Shown here: piece by piece, positions 1 through 13,102 of the stretch
Layout: each line of letters opens with the position of its first letter
How positions within the stretch are numbered: the stretch's first letter is position 1
NCBI RefSeq assembly: GCF_963921235.1
Contig: NC_086118.1
Coordinates: forward strand, 51,646,001-51,710,000
Source of the DNA: Mobula hypostoma
Taxonomy: Eukaryota
Direction of reading: 5' to 3'
DNA length: 64,000 nt
The notes under the pieces: model-generated
The model's input: the letters and a program-made list of their open reading frames with translations, nothing else
The model's database searches: none
What the model was told of the DNA's origin: nothing
Made by a program: the position numbers and the translations under genes

Positions 1-1760
1 AGGCCATTCGGCCCTTCGAGTCAGCACCACCACTCACTGTGATCATGGCTGATCATTCACAATCAGTACCCCGTTCCCGCCTTCTCCCCATATCCCTTCA
101 CTCCACTATCTTTAAGAGCTCTATCTAACTCTTTCTTGAAAGCATCCAGAGAATTGGCCTCCACTGCCTTCTGAGGCAGAGCATTCCACAGATCCACAAC
201 CCTCTGGGTGAAATTCTTTTTTCCTCAACTCCGTTCTAAATGGCCTACCCCTTGTTCTTAAACTTAAACTGCGGCCTCTGGTTCTGGACTCCCCCAACAT
301 CGGGAACATGTTTCCTGCCTCTAGCATGTCCAATCCCTTAATAATCTTATATGTTTCAATCAGATCCCCCCTCATCCTTCTAAATTCCAGTGTATACAAG
401 CCCAGTCGCTCCAATCTTTCAACATATGACAGTCCTGCCATCCCGGGAATTAACCTCGTGAACCTACACTGCACTCCCTCAATAGCAAGAATGTCCTTCC
501 TCAAATTTGGAGACCAAAACTGCACATAATACTCCAGGTGTGGTCTCACCAGGGCCCTGTACAACTGCAGAAGGACCTCTTTGCTCCTATACTCAACTCC
601 CCTTGTTATGAAGGCCAACACGCCATTAGCTTTCTTCACTACCTGCTGTACTTGCATGCTTACTTTCAGTGACTGATGAACAAGGACACCCAGATTTCAT
701 TGTACTTCCCCTTTTCCTAACTTGACACCATTCAGATAGTAATCTGCCTTCCTGTTCTTGCCACCAAAGTGGATAACCTCACATTTATCCACATTAACCT
801 GCACACTCACCCAACCTGTCCAAGTCACCCTGCATTCTCATAACATCCTCCTCACATTTCACACTGCCACCCAGCTTTGTGTCATCTCCAAATTTGCTAA
901 TGTTACTTTTAATCCCTTCATCTAAATCATTAATGTATATTGTAAATAGTTGTGGTCCCAGCACTGAACCTTGCAGTACCCCACTAGTCACTGCCTGCCA
1001 TTCTGAAAGGGACCCGATAATCCCTACTCTTTGTTTCCTGTCTGCCAACTAATTTTCTATCCATGTCAGTACCCTACCCCCAATACCATTTGCTCTAATT
1101 TTGCACACTAACCTCCTATGTGGGACCTTATCAAAGGCTTTCTGAAAGTCCAGGTACACTACATCCACTGGATAGTTATATCCTCAAAAAATTCCAGAAG
1201 ATTAGTCAAGCATGATTTCCCCTTTGTAAATCCATGCTGACTCGGACCTATCCTGCTACTGCTATCCAAATGTGCCGCTATTTCATCTTTTATAATTGAC
1301 TCCAGCATCTTCCCCACCACTGATGTCAGGCTAACTGGACTATAATCCCCTGTTTTCTCTCTCCCTCCTTTCTTAAAAAGTGGGATTACATTAATTACCC
1401 TCCAATCCACAGGAACAGGTCCTGAATCTATAGAACATTGGAAAATGATTGCCAATGCGTCCACGATTTCTAGAGCCACCTCCTTAGGTACCCTGGGATG
1501 CAGACTATCAGGCCCTGGGGATTTATCAGCCTTCAGTCCCATCAGACTATCCAACACCACTTTCTGCCTAATGTGAATCTCCTTCAGTTCCTCCATTACC
1601 CTAGGTCCTCTGGCCACTATTATATCTGGGAGATTGTGTCTTTCCTAGTGAAGGCAGATCCAAAGTACCTGTTCAACTTGTCTGCCATTTCCTTGTTCCC
1701 CATAATAATTTCACCCGTTTCTGTCTTCAAGGGCCCAACTTTGGTCTTAACTAGTTTTTT
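1..1760 (-). mobile_element. CR1-type LINE, 3' part of ORF2 (RT and C-terminus), degraded
   Basis: ORFs with [34 protein letters not shown]...FGDDTKLGG and LVRPHLEY, with small deletions. Confidence 0.9.
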
Positions 1761-1794
1761 TCCTCTCCCCATCCTCCGCTTTAAATTCCTGTTC

Positions 1795-2728
1795 CTTGGG
1801 ACCTGTGCATTTTATCCCAGTTAAGCAGCTGCCACATTTAGCTGAAGTTTCATGGAAAAATATTTTTTAAAAAATATATATGTGTGTGTGTGTCTGTGTG
1901 TGTGCGTGTGTGTGTGTGTGTGTGTTTGAAAAGGCAAACTCCCACTTAACTGAGTAACAAATTATGTACTTAAATGAAAATACAGAACAAATTAGAACAC
2001 TATCAATTTGACTACAGTCCTGTAAACTTGTGTATTAGTTCTAATTGTTATCGTCAGGGGAATTCATCCAGTGTATGCAGGGCATTCTCTTGATTGACTG
2101 CAAATGAACAAAATCAGTGCAGACACCTGGTGTAGATATTGAACTACGTTCATACAATGCTTTCAATGATTGCATCATCCAAATCTTCATTTACATTGTC
2201 ACCTTCAAGATGATCGTCGATACCTTCAAACTCTGTAATCGTTCCATTTTCACTCGCAGCCGGTTCCGGCATCTCCAAGACTGAACGCTTGAAACTATAG
2301 AGAACCAAACAGCTCTGAATTGTCTTACTGCTTATTTCTCGCCAACTATCAGTGAAAAAAAAACACTGCTTTTTTGGACACGCAATTGACAGTATTTAAA
2401 AACTCTAAGCACATGTAGTGTCTGACGGCCACACAGGTGCACGTGTCTGACACTGGTTAGAAACTGTTCCGCAACAATCTCCTGTTCCAACCAACACACA
2501 CAAAATGCTGGAGGAACTCAGCAGGCCAGGCAGCATCCATGGGGAAAAAAAGTACAGTTGACGTTTCGGGCCGAAATCCTTCGGCAGGACTCCTGTTCCA
2601 ATTAAGCGGCACAAAACCGCAAATACACTCAAGGAATGCCGGCTGTTTTCTCTGTTAGTTTTTGTCCTTTTTGTCCAAAATAAGCAGCTGCCTCGATTTA
2701 CCCTGAGCCAATTAACCGGAACCCACAG
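1795..2728. mobile_element. Non-autonomous Tigger/pogo-like DNA transposon remnant
   Basis: End CCAATTAACCGGAACCCACAG|TA resembles a Tigger-type TIR with TA target. Internal repeats of TAAGCAGCTGCC. Left end not intact. Confidence 0.45.
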
Positions 2729-2898
2729 TACACTCAAAGACTGGCCCGCAGCCGTCTGTGGTAATCAGTTCCACAGATTCATCGCCCTGGGGTTGAAGAA
2801 ATTCCTCCTCATCTCTGTTCCAAAGCGACGCCACTCTTTCCTGAGGCTGCGCCGCCCTTGTCATAGACTCTCCCCCCAATTTAGATTTAGTAGAGGAG

Positions 2899-3462
2899 TT
2901 GTTGTTGTTCGTCCATCGTCGACGTCGATGAGGACGTTGACACCATTATGATGGTGTCGAGACTAGCGCGTGATTTGGATTAAGTGAGGGAGAGTTGCGC
3001 AGCGTCAGCTTCACTCTCTCTTCCCAATTCCCATCTGGATCCAGTGGCAAGACAGTCTAGATGGCTGGAGATGGGACTAGGTGCAGTGGATGACCAGGAT
3101 GTCTTCTGTGTCTTGCCCTGCTCTACACGTTCCATGACGCTTGCAGAGACCGCCTTCTTAACCATTGGACCTTCCACAGGTCTCGTCCGCTCAATCCGCC
3201 GGAGTCTGTCTTCACATGCTGGGATAGACAACTCCCTATCTCACCGAGGGTTTGAGACCCATCGGCTACCCTCACCTGGTTTAGCCGGCTTGTCGAAGCC
3301 GTCGCCCGGGGTGTGGCCGCTGTCGCATGCAAACAGCTACGGGGAGCCACAGGTGAGAGCTGAGTGCCAGGTGGGGACCAAAGGTGGACTAACCGCCCTG
3401 AAAAGGACGCGACATGTTACCCCACCAGAGGTGCTACCCTTCACTGACACCCCATACACCCC
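2899..3462 (-). mobile_element. Short non-autonomous RTE-like retroposon with (AAC)n 3' tail and ribozyme head
   Basis: (AAC)n tail at 2899-2909 on minus. Direct repeat ATTTAGTAGAG on both flanks (2885-2895, 3473-3483). No recognisable RT or endonuclease coding content. RTE affinity is inferred from the tail and 5' UTR style. Confidence 0.65.
3269..3453 (-). ncRNA. Predicted HDV-like self-cleaving ribozyme
   Basis: P1 GGGGUGU/ACACCCC, P2 CUCUCACCUG/CAGGUGAGGG, P3 GGC/GCC, L3 UCCCCGU, J1/4 GG, P4 CGGCUU/AAGCCG and J4/2 GCUAA, all in HDV order. Confidence 0.7.
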
Positions 3463-4433
3463 AGTATTTAGTATTTAGTAGAGTAGAGAGTTTATAATAG
3501 AAGTAATTAATAGGTTAGTAGGCGGTGACTTGCAGAGAGTCGCAACGAACACCCCGGCGTACGTGGAGAGAAAGAGTTGAACAGGATGCGGACCAAACGC
3601 AGGAAAATGCGGGCAGCCCAGGCAACCGGACAGGGATGGATGGGTTGGGCAGAAAGAGCTGCCCCCTCCCACCCCACCCGCTGATTAACTCTCCCACTCG
3701 AAGGTTCTGCACTATTTTTTGCGTAAAGTTCTTTGGGAACATTTGGGGTGTTTTATAAACGCAAAGAGCTACGGAGTCAGAAGCGGCAGATCCGGTGTCT
3801 GTGAGAGACGATACTATCGCTGGCTGCCGGTCATCGCCAAAGCTGAGAACAATTCACACTCACAACACGCTGGAGGAACTCAGCTGCCCGACCTGCTGAA
3901 TTCCTCCAGCGTGTTGTGCGGGTAGCTTTGATCCCAGCGTCTGCAGAGTATTTTGTGTTGAGAACAATTCACGCCCTGCATTTTAGGGGAAATATCACGA
4001 GACATAAATATCAGAATCAGAATCGGGTTTATTCTCACCGGCGCGTGACGTGAAATGTGTTAACTTAGCAGCAGCAGTTCAATGCAATAAATAATCTAAC
4101 AGAGAGAGACACTAATAATAATAATAATAAATAAAATAAAAATAAAATAAGGCGGAGTTTGGAATCTTGAGCTTTCTGCACCCATGTTATAAGAAGTGGG
4201 ACATTTCGGCAACTTGGTGGTGTTTTGCAGCCTTAGTGATGCCTACCACCCACCCCGCCGTCTCTTTGACCCACTACCATCAGGAAGGAGGTACAGGAGC
4301 ATCAGGACTAGGACCGCCAGACTGAGTAACAGCTTCTTCCCCCAGGCTGTGAGATTAATGACTATCCTGTCACCACCGAGGTGTCGTTGCTAGGACAAAC
4401 GGCTGTTTACTGTTTACCTGTAACAACACACAC

Positions 4434-4474
<41 letters not shown>

Positions 4475-6282
4475 GCTGGAGGAACTCAGCAGGCCAGGTA
4501 CCGTCTACCGTCGACTTTTCGGGCCGGGACCCTTCGTCAGGACTCCTGTTTTAGTTTATCTGGGCTGCGCACTTCACAAGCGTTTTAAATTATATTTTAT
4601 TAACTTATTTGTGGTAATGCTGTGTGCGATATATGTTTTGTGGGGCTCTGTGGTTCGCAGGGACGTCGTTTCGTTTGGTTGTATATGCGTACAGCCAGAC
4701 GACAGTAAACTTGATCTGATGGCAGTTGTTTCTGGTCGAAGTAGAAACACTCGACTTAATTAGTTTGCGAGGTAGTTAACTCCCGGCAATTCTGGTTAAG
4801 TTCGCTTGGTCTGTGTTACTGATGCAGAGATGTGGACTTTTTAAAATCGGTTTGTGTCGAGAGAGTGTGGACGATAGACAAAATGGAGAGGGTCTGGGCA
4901 CCTTAAGTCAATGTTCGTTGCAGCAAGAATGGTCATGATCTGACTCTCCTACGGACACGCTCGGGGGTATTGAGGAACCTTCCAGGATTACGGTTACCGC
5001 TTGTGCTCCTCCGTTAATATTAAACTTCAGCCGACACACCTCGTTATCCCCAGTAGCACCATCGCCGCCACGGCCTCCAGCGCCGGGAGGAACCAAACAC
5101 CGCCTGGGGAACGGCTATGTGAGGCACCTCGCTCGCTTCCCGTCGCCTGCTGGTGGAAATCCCCAGCGCCATCCATCTCTCCCTATCTGTCTCCGTTTCC
5201 GGCGCCAGGAACAGCGCCTCACTTCCCACCTGAGCACGTTGCGCTGTTCCAACTCGGTGCGGAACTCTATTGACTTCAGGCAACTCGTCTGTCTTAGATC
5301 TGGTCAGTTATCTTCATCCTCCATCTCAAGTCAAGTCAAGTCGCTTTTTATTGTCATTTCGACCATCAACTGCTGGTACGATACACAGTAAAAACGAAAC
5401 AACGTTCCTCCAGGACCATGGTGCTACATGAAACAACACAAAACTACACTAGACTAAGTGAGAGAACACAAGCCTACACTAGACTACGTAAAACAACACA
5501 AAAACTACACTAGACTACAGCCCTACACAGAACTACATAAAGAGCACAAAACAGTGCAGGGCAGTACAATAAATAATAAACAAGACAACAGGCACAGTAG
5601 AGGACAAATTACAATATAATAATAAATGATGTAGATGTCAGTCTAGTCTCTGGGTGTTAAGGAGTCTGATGGCTTGGGGGAAGAAACTGTTGCTGCCATT
5701 TGGTTCAGATTAAGTCTCTGTCTCTCTTTCACTCACACTTGCGCAATCACACCCGCGGAAAGAGGACATCGGCTACCTCTACGACCATTCCCACTGTGCC
5801 TTCAAACCCGGGTGCCGAAACTGCGCCCGTGGTACTAGTCTGACTAAATATTAATGATTCGCTTTACTTGCACGTCGAAACATACTGTGGTCTGCGTCGT
5901 TTTCGTCAAATCAAATCACCGAGGATTACGTTGGGCAGCCCGCAAGTACCGCCACGCTTCCGGCGTCAATACAGCAGGTCCACAACTCACTAATCCTAAC
6001 CGTATGACTTTGGAACGCGGGAGGAAACCGGAGCACCCGGGGGAAACCCACGCGGTCACGACGAGAACGTACAGGCAGCGGCGGGAAACTTGTGGCTGGG
6101 CGCTGTAAAGTGTTGCGCTAAGACATGTCCAGTCGTTTTTCAACTCAGTGTTTTTTTCTCAAGTTGATTTGTTTAGGCATGAACTGTCTGGCTGTAACAT
6201 ACCGACAAGTTGAAACAGTATCTGTGGGTGCCGAAAGGATGGAATGCAAATAGTCGGAGACTCGCGTATTTTATGGCTGAAA

Positions 6283-6288
6283 TTTAAT
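6283..6288 (-). terminator. Candidate NPB polyadenylation signal (ATTAAA)
   Basis: ATTAAA on minus about 260 nt after the NPB stop, in AT-rich sequence. Confidence 0.35.
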
Positions 6289-6547
6289 AATTTGTTTCAT
6301 TACAGATATTAATACCATTTATACAATGATTCTGCATACATACCGTGGGGTGTTTACTTATAGACAATTAAAAAAAACATTCAGCAACCGCTCAGTCACA
6401 AACAAGTTTTTTTTAACTTAAGAGTTTGACTGGACGTCAAGATGGAAATTACGGTGATATCTGGGGTTGGTCGTCTGAATCCTCAAAGTAAAAACGTTCG
6501 GCGCCGGGTGGGGTTCGGGGAGTTGGTGGCCCTGGTGGAGAGGCGGA

Positions 6548-6676
6548 TCAGACATTTGCACACTCCCGACTGTCCAGCGAAAGGAAAACGTCCGCCTTGC
6601 ACTGAAAAGTGTTGAGGCCGTCTGGGAGAAGCTGGCAGGTTTGCAGACTGGGAGAGATGTCTTTCACACACACGGC
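6548..6676 (-). CDS. NPB: Neuropeptide B precursor, coding exon 2
   Basis: Acceptor ctctgttgcag| then AVCVKDISPSLQTCQLLPDGLNTFQCKADVFLSLDSRECANV*, the four-Cys C-terminal domain typical of prepro-NPB. In frame with exon 1 (131 aa total). Not present in the supplied ORF track. Confidence 0.93.
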   Translation of the reverse strand, partial: AVCVKDISPSLQTCQLLPDGLNTFQCKADVFLSLDSRECANV

Positions 6677-7650
6677 CTGCAACAGAGACGGAGAAGAGAT
6701 TCAGCCCGGCCGCTACCGGAAGGACAAACTGTACACTCAGTGTGAAGTGCATTTATCTCGTGTACATCGACACTATTACGGCGGACTGTGTGTTTGCAAC
6801 AAACCAACAACACACCCGAGGGTGTGCCGGCGGGCCGCCCGCAGGTGTCGCCAACAAGGCGTGCCCACGCGGGACAAAACAAAACTCGAGCAACAAAACG
6901 CGAGTTTGCCCTCCCACGCACTGTCACGGTCCCCTAGCCCCAGGACAGCCAGTCTGCAAGAGGAGTTGGCGATGAATACCGAATTCCAGAAATAAAATCG
7001 GACCACACTCGAACCGGTCGCCACATCGGGCAGCACCTGTGAGCGTGAAACCATTAACGTTTCAGATCGGCCAGTCTTTCTCAGTCCGCAGGAGAAATTA
7101 CTGAATGCGGGTTATACACGAGAGACCGGCAGGTTATTTATTAAACTTGCGAGTTTAACTAGGAAATTCATTAACTCTTTCCTTCGGATGTTTTGCGATA
7201 TTTTCAGGGACTGGAATTGCGGAAGATTGTGTCCCCATAGGGGTCACCTCACGGTGAGATGCTCTGCAAACCTGCTCGGAGTCTGCGCGTATCCGAAACC
7301 CCTCGCCCCCTGCGGCATATCTGGGGCCCTTTCATCCCTGGGAAATTTCTGGAAATCCCTCGCCCCACTGCACTTCAGCGCCTTTTGGTTCGCTCGCACC
7401 CTCTCCAAACCAGCCACAGAGTCATAGAACACTACATTAAAGAAACAGGCCTTCCGGCCCATCCAGTCCGTTCCGACCTATTATTTTGCATGGACTGTAT
7501 CCCTCCATAGCCCTCCCGTCCATGCAGTGTACTTATCCAAGCTTCTCTTGGGTGCTACAGTCGAACCCACATCCGTCACTTCCGCTGGCAGCTCGTCCCA
7601 TCCAATGAGTGAAGAAGTTCCCCCTAAATATTTCACCTTTCATCCTTAAC

Positions 7651-10161
7651 AATAAAGGAACAGCAGTTATAATGGGTGACTTCAATCTACATGTAGATTG
7701 GGTGAACCAAATTGGTAAAGGTGCTGAGGAAGAAGATTTCTTGGAATGTATACGGGATGGTTTTTTGAACCAACATGTCGAGGAACCAACTGGAGAGCAG
7801 GCTATTCTGGACTGGGTTTTGAGCAATGAGGAAAGGTTAATTAGCAATCTTGTCGTGAGAGGCCCCTTGGGTAAGAGTGACCATAATATGGTGGAATTCT
7901 TCATTAAGATGGAGAGTGACATAGTTAATTCAGAAACAAAGGTTCTGAACTTAAAGAGGGGTAACTTTGAAGGTATGAGACGTGAATTAGCTAAGATAGA
8001 CTGGCAAATGACACTTAAAGGATTGACGGTGGATATGCAATGGCAGGCATTTAAAGGTTGCATGGATGAACTACAACAATTGTTCATCCCAGTTTGGCAA
8101 AAGAATAAATCAAGGAAGGTAGTGCACCCGTGGCTGACAAGAGAAATTAGGGATAGTATCAATTCCAAAGAAGTAGCATACAAATTAGCCAGAGAAAGTG
8201 GCTCACCTGAGGACTGGGAGAAATTCAGAGCTCAGCAGAGGAGGACAAAGGGCCTAATTAGGAAGGGGAAAAAAGATTATGAGAGAAAACTGGCAGGGAA
8301 CATAAAAACGGACTGTAAAAGCTTTTATAGATATGTAAAAAGGAAAAGACTGGTAAAGACAAATGTAGGTCCCCTGCAGACAGAAACAGGTGAATTGATT
8401 ATGGGGAGCAAGGACATGGCAGACCAATTGAATAATTACTTCGGTTCTGTCTTCACTAAGGAGGACATAAGTAATCTTCCAGAAATAGTAGGGGACAGAG
8501 GGTCCAGTGGGATGGAGGAACTGAGCGAAATACATATTAGTAGGGGAGTGGTGTTAGGTAAATTGAAGGGATTGAAGGCAGATAAATCCCCAGGGCCAGA
8601 TGGTCTGCATCCTTGAGTGCTTAAGGAAGTAGCCCAAGAAATAGTGGATGCATTAGTGATAATTTTTCAAAACTCGTTAGATTCTGGACTAGTTCCTGAG
8701 GATTGGAGGGTGGCTAATGTAACTCCACTTTTTAAAAAAGGAGGGAGAGAGAAACCGGGGAATTATAGACCGGTTAGCCTAACGTCGGTGGTGGGGAAAC
8801 TGCTGGAGTCAGTTATCAAGGATGTGATAACAGCACATTTGGAAAGCGGTGAAATGATCGGACAAAGTCAGCATGGATTTGTGAAAGGAAAATCATGTCT
8901 GACGAATCTCATAGAATTTTTTGAGGATGTAACTAGTAGAGTGGATAGGGGAGAACCAGTGGATGTGGTATATTTGGATTTTCAAAAGGCTTTAGACAAG
9001 GTCCCACACAGGAGATTAGTGTGCAAACTTAAAGCACATGGTATTGGGGGTAAGGTATTGGTGTGGGTGGAGAATTGGTTAGCAGACAGGAAGCAAAGAG
9101 TGGGAATAAACGGGACCTTTTCAGAATGGCAGGCGGTGACTAGTGGGGTACCGCAAGGCTCAGTGCTGGGACCCCAGTTGTTTACAATATGTATTAATGA
9201 CTTGGATGAGGGAATTAAATGCAGCATCTCCAAGTTTGCGGATGACACGAAGCTGGGTGGCAGTGTTAGCTGTGAGGAAGATGCTAAGAGGATGCAGGGT
9301 GACTTGGATAGGTTGGGTGAGTGGGCAAATTCATGGTAGATGCAATTTAATGTGGATAAATGTGAAGTTATCCACTTTGGTGGCAAAAATAGGAAAACAG
9401 ATTATTATCTGAATGGTGGCCGATTAGGAAAAGGGGAGGTGCAACGAGACCTGGGTGTCATTATACACCAGTCATTGAAAGTGGGCATGCAGGTACAGCA
9501 GGCGGTGAAAAAGGCGAACGGTATGCTGGCATTTATAGCGAGAGGATTCGAGTACAGGAGCAGGGAGGTACTACTGCAGTTGTACAAGGCCTTGGTGAGA
9601 CCACACCTGGAGTATTGTGTGCAGTTTTGGTCCCCTAATCTGAGGAAAGACATCCTTGCCATAGAGGGAGTACAAAGAAGGTTCACCAGATTGATTCCTG
9701 GGATGGCAGGACTTTCATATGAAGAAAGACTGGATGAACTGGGCTTGTACTCGTTGGAATTTAGAAGATTGAGGGGGGATCTGATTGAAATGTATAAGAT
9801 CCTAAAGGGATTGGACAGGCTAGATGCAGGAAGATTGTTCCCGATGTTGGGGAAGTCCAGAACGAGGGGCCACAGTTTGAGGATAGAGGGGAGGCCTTTT
9901 CGGACCGAGATTAGGAAAAACTTCTTCACACAGAGAGTGGTGAATCTGTGGAATTCTCTGCCACAGGAAACAGTTGAGGCCAGTTCATTGGCTATATTTA
10001 AGAGGGAGTTAGATATGGCCCTTGTGGCTACGGGGGTCAGGGGGTATGGAGGGAAGGCTGGGGCGGGGTTCTGAGTTGGAGGATCAGCCATGATCATAAT
10101 AAATGGCGGTGCAGGCTCGAAGGGCCGAATGGCCTACTCCTGCACCTATTTTCTATGTTTC
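7651..10161 (+). mobile_element. Young 5'-truncated CR1 LINE (endonuclease end, RT, C-terminus, 3' tail) in the NPB intron, antisense to NPB
   Basis: ORFs 7609-8616, 8617-9339 and 9340-10074 are one frame broken only by TGA and TAG. Motifs [16 protein letters not shown] and FADD. TTTCTATG tail. Confidence 0.95.
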
Positions 10162-12089
10162 TAACCCATCTACCTTCTACGCCTCTGCCCTTAACCCCAC
10201 CCACCCCTCCTCCTCCCCCTCTCCTCTCTTTCCCTCCCTACCCCTGTGTCGTCCCGGCTCTCGCACCCTGGATCTTTACTCCACGCCAGACGAGAGAACG
10301 GCGCCTATGCTGGTTTGCGTCGCGGGAAGGAATGAATATTTTGAGTTCGGTAAGAGTCCAAACACGTTGACCGCCACTTTAAATACAAAATATTTGAGTT
10401 ATTTGATGTAAATGCGTTATAGCTGCATTCCGAACACTCATGTTAACCAGCAAATAAGTTTAGTACTTGCTATCACTGCTCCGAGTCCGATCGCCCCCTT
10501 GGCACTGAGGGGCTCTCGCGTGGTCCTAAAGCCCACTGAATGTGCGAAAACAAAGGATAGTTTCCCAGATTTTAGACCAAAAGACATGATCGGACGGCCC
10601 AACGCGTCTGGTCCGCCATTCTATCGTGGCTGATCTATTATCCCTCTCAACCCCATTCTCCTGCCTTCTCAGCGTAACCTACAACGTCCTTACAAATCAA
10701 GAACCTATCAACCTCCGCTTTAAATATACCCAATAACTTGCCCTCTGCAGCCGTCTGTGGCAACGGATTCCACGAATTCACCACCCATTGGCTAAAGAAA
10801 TCCCTGCTCATCCCTGTTGTAAAGGAAGTCCCTCTATTCTGCGGCTGTGCCCTCTGATCCTGGACTCCCCGACTATTGGCAACATCCTCTCTCCGCGTCT
10901 ACCAAAGTTCTCTTTATTTTTTTTACAGCTGAGCGGTGGGACCATTGTACTAAGTAGGACATTTTATATGGCCCGAAAAATGCGTGGCACGATAAATGCT
11001 TTTTTTTGTGTAATATGCATAGTATAAATACTTATTAGGTTATGATTTTTTGACAGATTACTTACCAACAAAGTCAGAATATAGAATTTTTTCACATCAA
11101 ACAAACACAAACCATACATCACAACACAAGTCAGTCTGTCAGGCAATCAAAGCCACTGACAGGCACAATGGCAAAAATAAAATGTTTTGACTAGACGGCG
11201 TACGCTACCAGCTTCCATTCTGTTTTTATTGTTATAATTTGTAACAGTATTATAATACATCACTGAAGATGTGTCCAGATGCATCAATAGATGTATGTAC
11301 ACACCTTAACTTGAAACACTGACAATGTAAATACATTGAAGCTCTAAAATGTTTCAAAGTAAAGGTTTGTGGTAGGTTTATTATTTAGAAAAATACATAG
11401 GTTATATTCAGTAATATATAATTAATTATGGGGTATTTTGCAATTATATTAACATTATATAAAAGCAAATTCCAGCTGCATAGTTAAAGGCTATGTGCGC
11501 GCGAGCATTTCTGTTACTGTGCGGTCGCGCACAGCGCAATTTAGAGGGAACAGTGACATCTGCTCTATTTTATACAGAGATTCAGTTAAAATATTTAGTT
11601 TGGTGAATACACCGCCATAGTTTAGGAATGCCCCTCAAGCTTAGGATAATGTATCCTTAAAGTAACTGATAAAGTTATTTTGAATTTCTGAGACTCCCGT
11701 CTCTCTCTCTCTCTCTCTTTCTAATTGTTGTAAACTCAGATTCTGCAGACGCTGAAAATCCAGAGTAGCACCTACAAAATGCTGGAGGAACACAGCAGGT
11801 CAGCCTGCATCTGTGGAAAGGAGTAAACAGTCGACGTTTCGGACCGAGACCCCTCACCAGGACTGCCGGTTCGGTATTTTGTCGGTGTTACTCTAATCGT
11901 TGTGTGAGGTCTGTCTGTGTGGAAGGGTGGGGGGGGTGTTGTTGGAGGTCTGTGAGTGTGGCGTGTGTGGGAGGAATGACCTCCTCGTGTCCGCGCAGTG
12001 TGGGTGTGTGCGTGGGTTTGATGTGTGTGGGACATTGACAGCTTTCAGTTTGCCCTCTCGCGTACTTGCATACGTTGTCTCCACCTGTT

Positions 12090-12830
12090 CATCCCCCTCA
12101 TTCCCCTCCGACCCTCGACTGGCCTTCACCCTCTCTGTTGGTTCCCCCCGTTGAGGTATCTGTCCGTCTCCTTATCCCTCCCTTACTCCCTCCCCCCTCT
12201 CTTTCCCCCCTCTCCCTCTCTCTCTGCCTTCGACTTTCTTTACTCACTCTCCTTATTTCTGTCTTCTCCCGCTCTCCCGGGATCATCCCAGCTTCCCGTT
12301 CATCCGATGAAGAGTGGGCAAGTCTGGACCATTTCTCGCTCCGCAGATGCCGAACATCTGGTCTGTATATTTATTTTTTCTCCTTTTCTCTGACCCTCCC
12401 ATTCACTCCCTGACTCGCGATCTATCGTCCCCCACCTCACCCATTCCCTCTTTCCGTCCCATTCGCTATCTGCCCCGCTCTTTTCCCCACTCTCTTCTCT
12501 CATTCCCCCTCATCGTCTCACAAACTCTCTCTAACTCTCTCCTATCTCCGCCTCATTATTTTCTCTCTACCTCTTTCTCTCTCTACCTTCCTTTCTCATT
12601 CCTTCTCTACCTCTTGCCATTTTTTCTCTCATTCCATCGCTCTGCCCCAGTCTGCGTCTCCCCCAGTATTCCTGTCTCTTCTGCACAACTCTCTCATCCC
12701 CCTCTTTCTCTCTCCCCGTTCCCCCTCCTTTCTTATTATCTCCCATTCTCTACCTCTCCTCTCCCATTCTCTCTCTCTCGATTCATTATTACACCTCTCC
12801 TGCGTCCCTCGTTCCCCGCCTTTCCCGCTT
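12090..12830. repeat. Long polypyrimidine/polypurine low-complexity tract at the 5' end of the NPB intron
   Basis: About 700 bp dominated by C/T on the plus strand. Confidence 0.85.
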
Positions 12831-12835
12831 CTCAC

Positions 12836-13102
12836 CATGTTTTTGACGAACATCGTCGCTCTGCCTTGAACAGCCTGCTCCGACATCACGCTGTTCTCCG
12901 CCGACTCTGCCGCTTCGCTTGCCTCCGACCTGCGGACGTAGGGTGAGCGGCGGATCCCGGACAGGAGTCCGGAGGCTCTCCCCACCGAGTAGTAACTGGG
13001 TCCCGTCGCCTGCTTGTACCACGCCTCTGCCGGGCTGGGCACTAGACTAGAGAGGATCACGCACACCAGGGTCATCTTCAGCGATGTCTCGAGTGCAGGC
13101 AT
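12836..13102 (-). CDS. NPB: Neuropeptide B precursor, coding exon 1 (signal peptide, mature NPB, start of C-terminal propeptide)
   Basis: Translates [62 protein letters not shown]...VKNM. The WYK...[11 protein letters not shown] motif is diagnostic of NPB, with dibasic RR sites giving 23- and 29-residue forms. Ends at phase-0 donor ATG|GTGAGA. An alternative ATG at 13075 is possible. Confidence 0.95.

Noticed and set aside
8982-10097. Long minus-strand ORFs (134 aa, 230 aa) and similar ones at 7533-8183 and 27194-27685
   Set aside because: Antisense shadows of CR1 ORF2.
12314-12946. 210-aa S/P/L/F-rich plus-strand ORF
   Set aside because: Translation of the polypyrimidine tract antisense to NPB.
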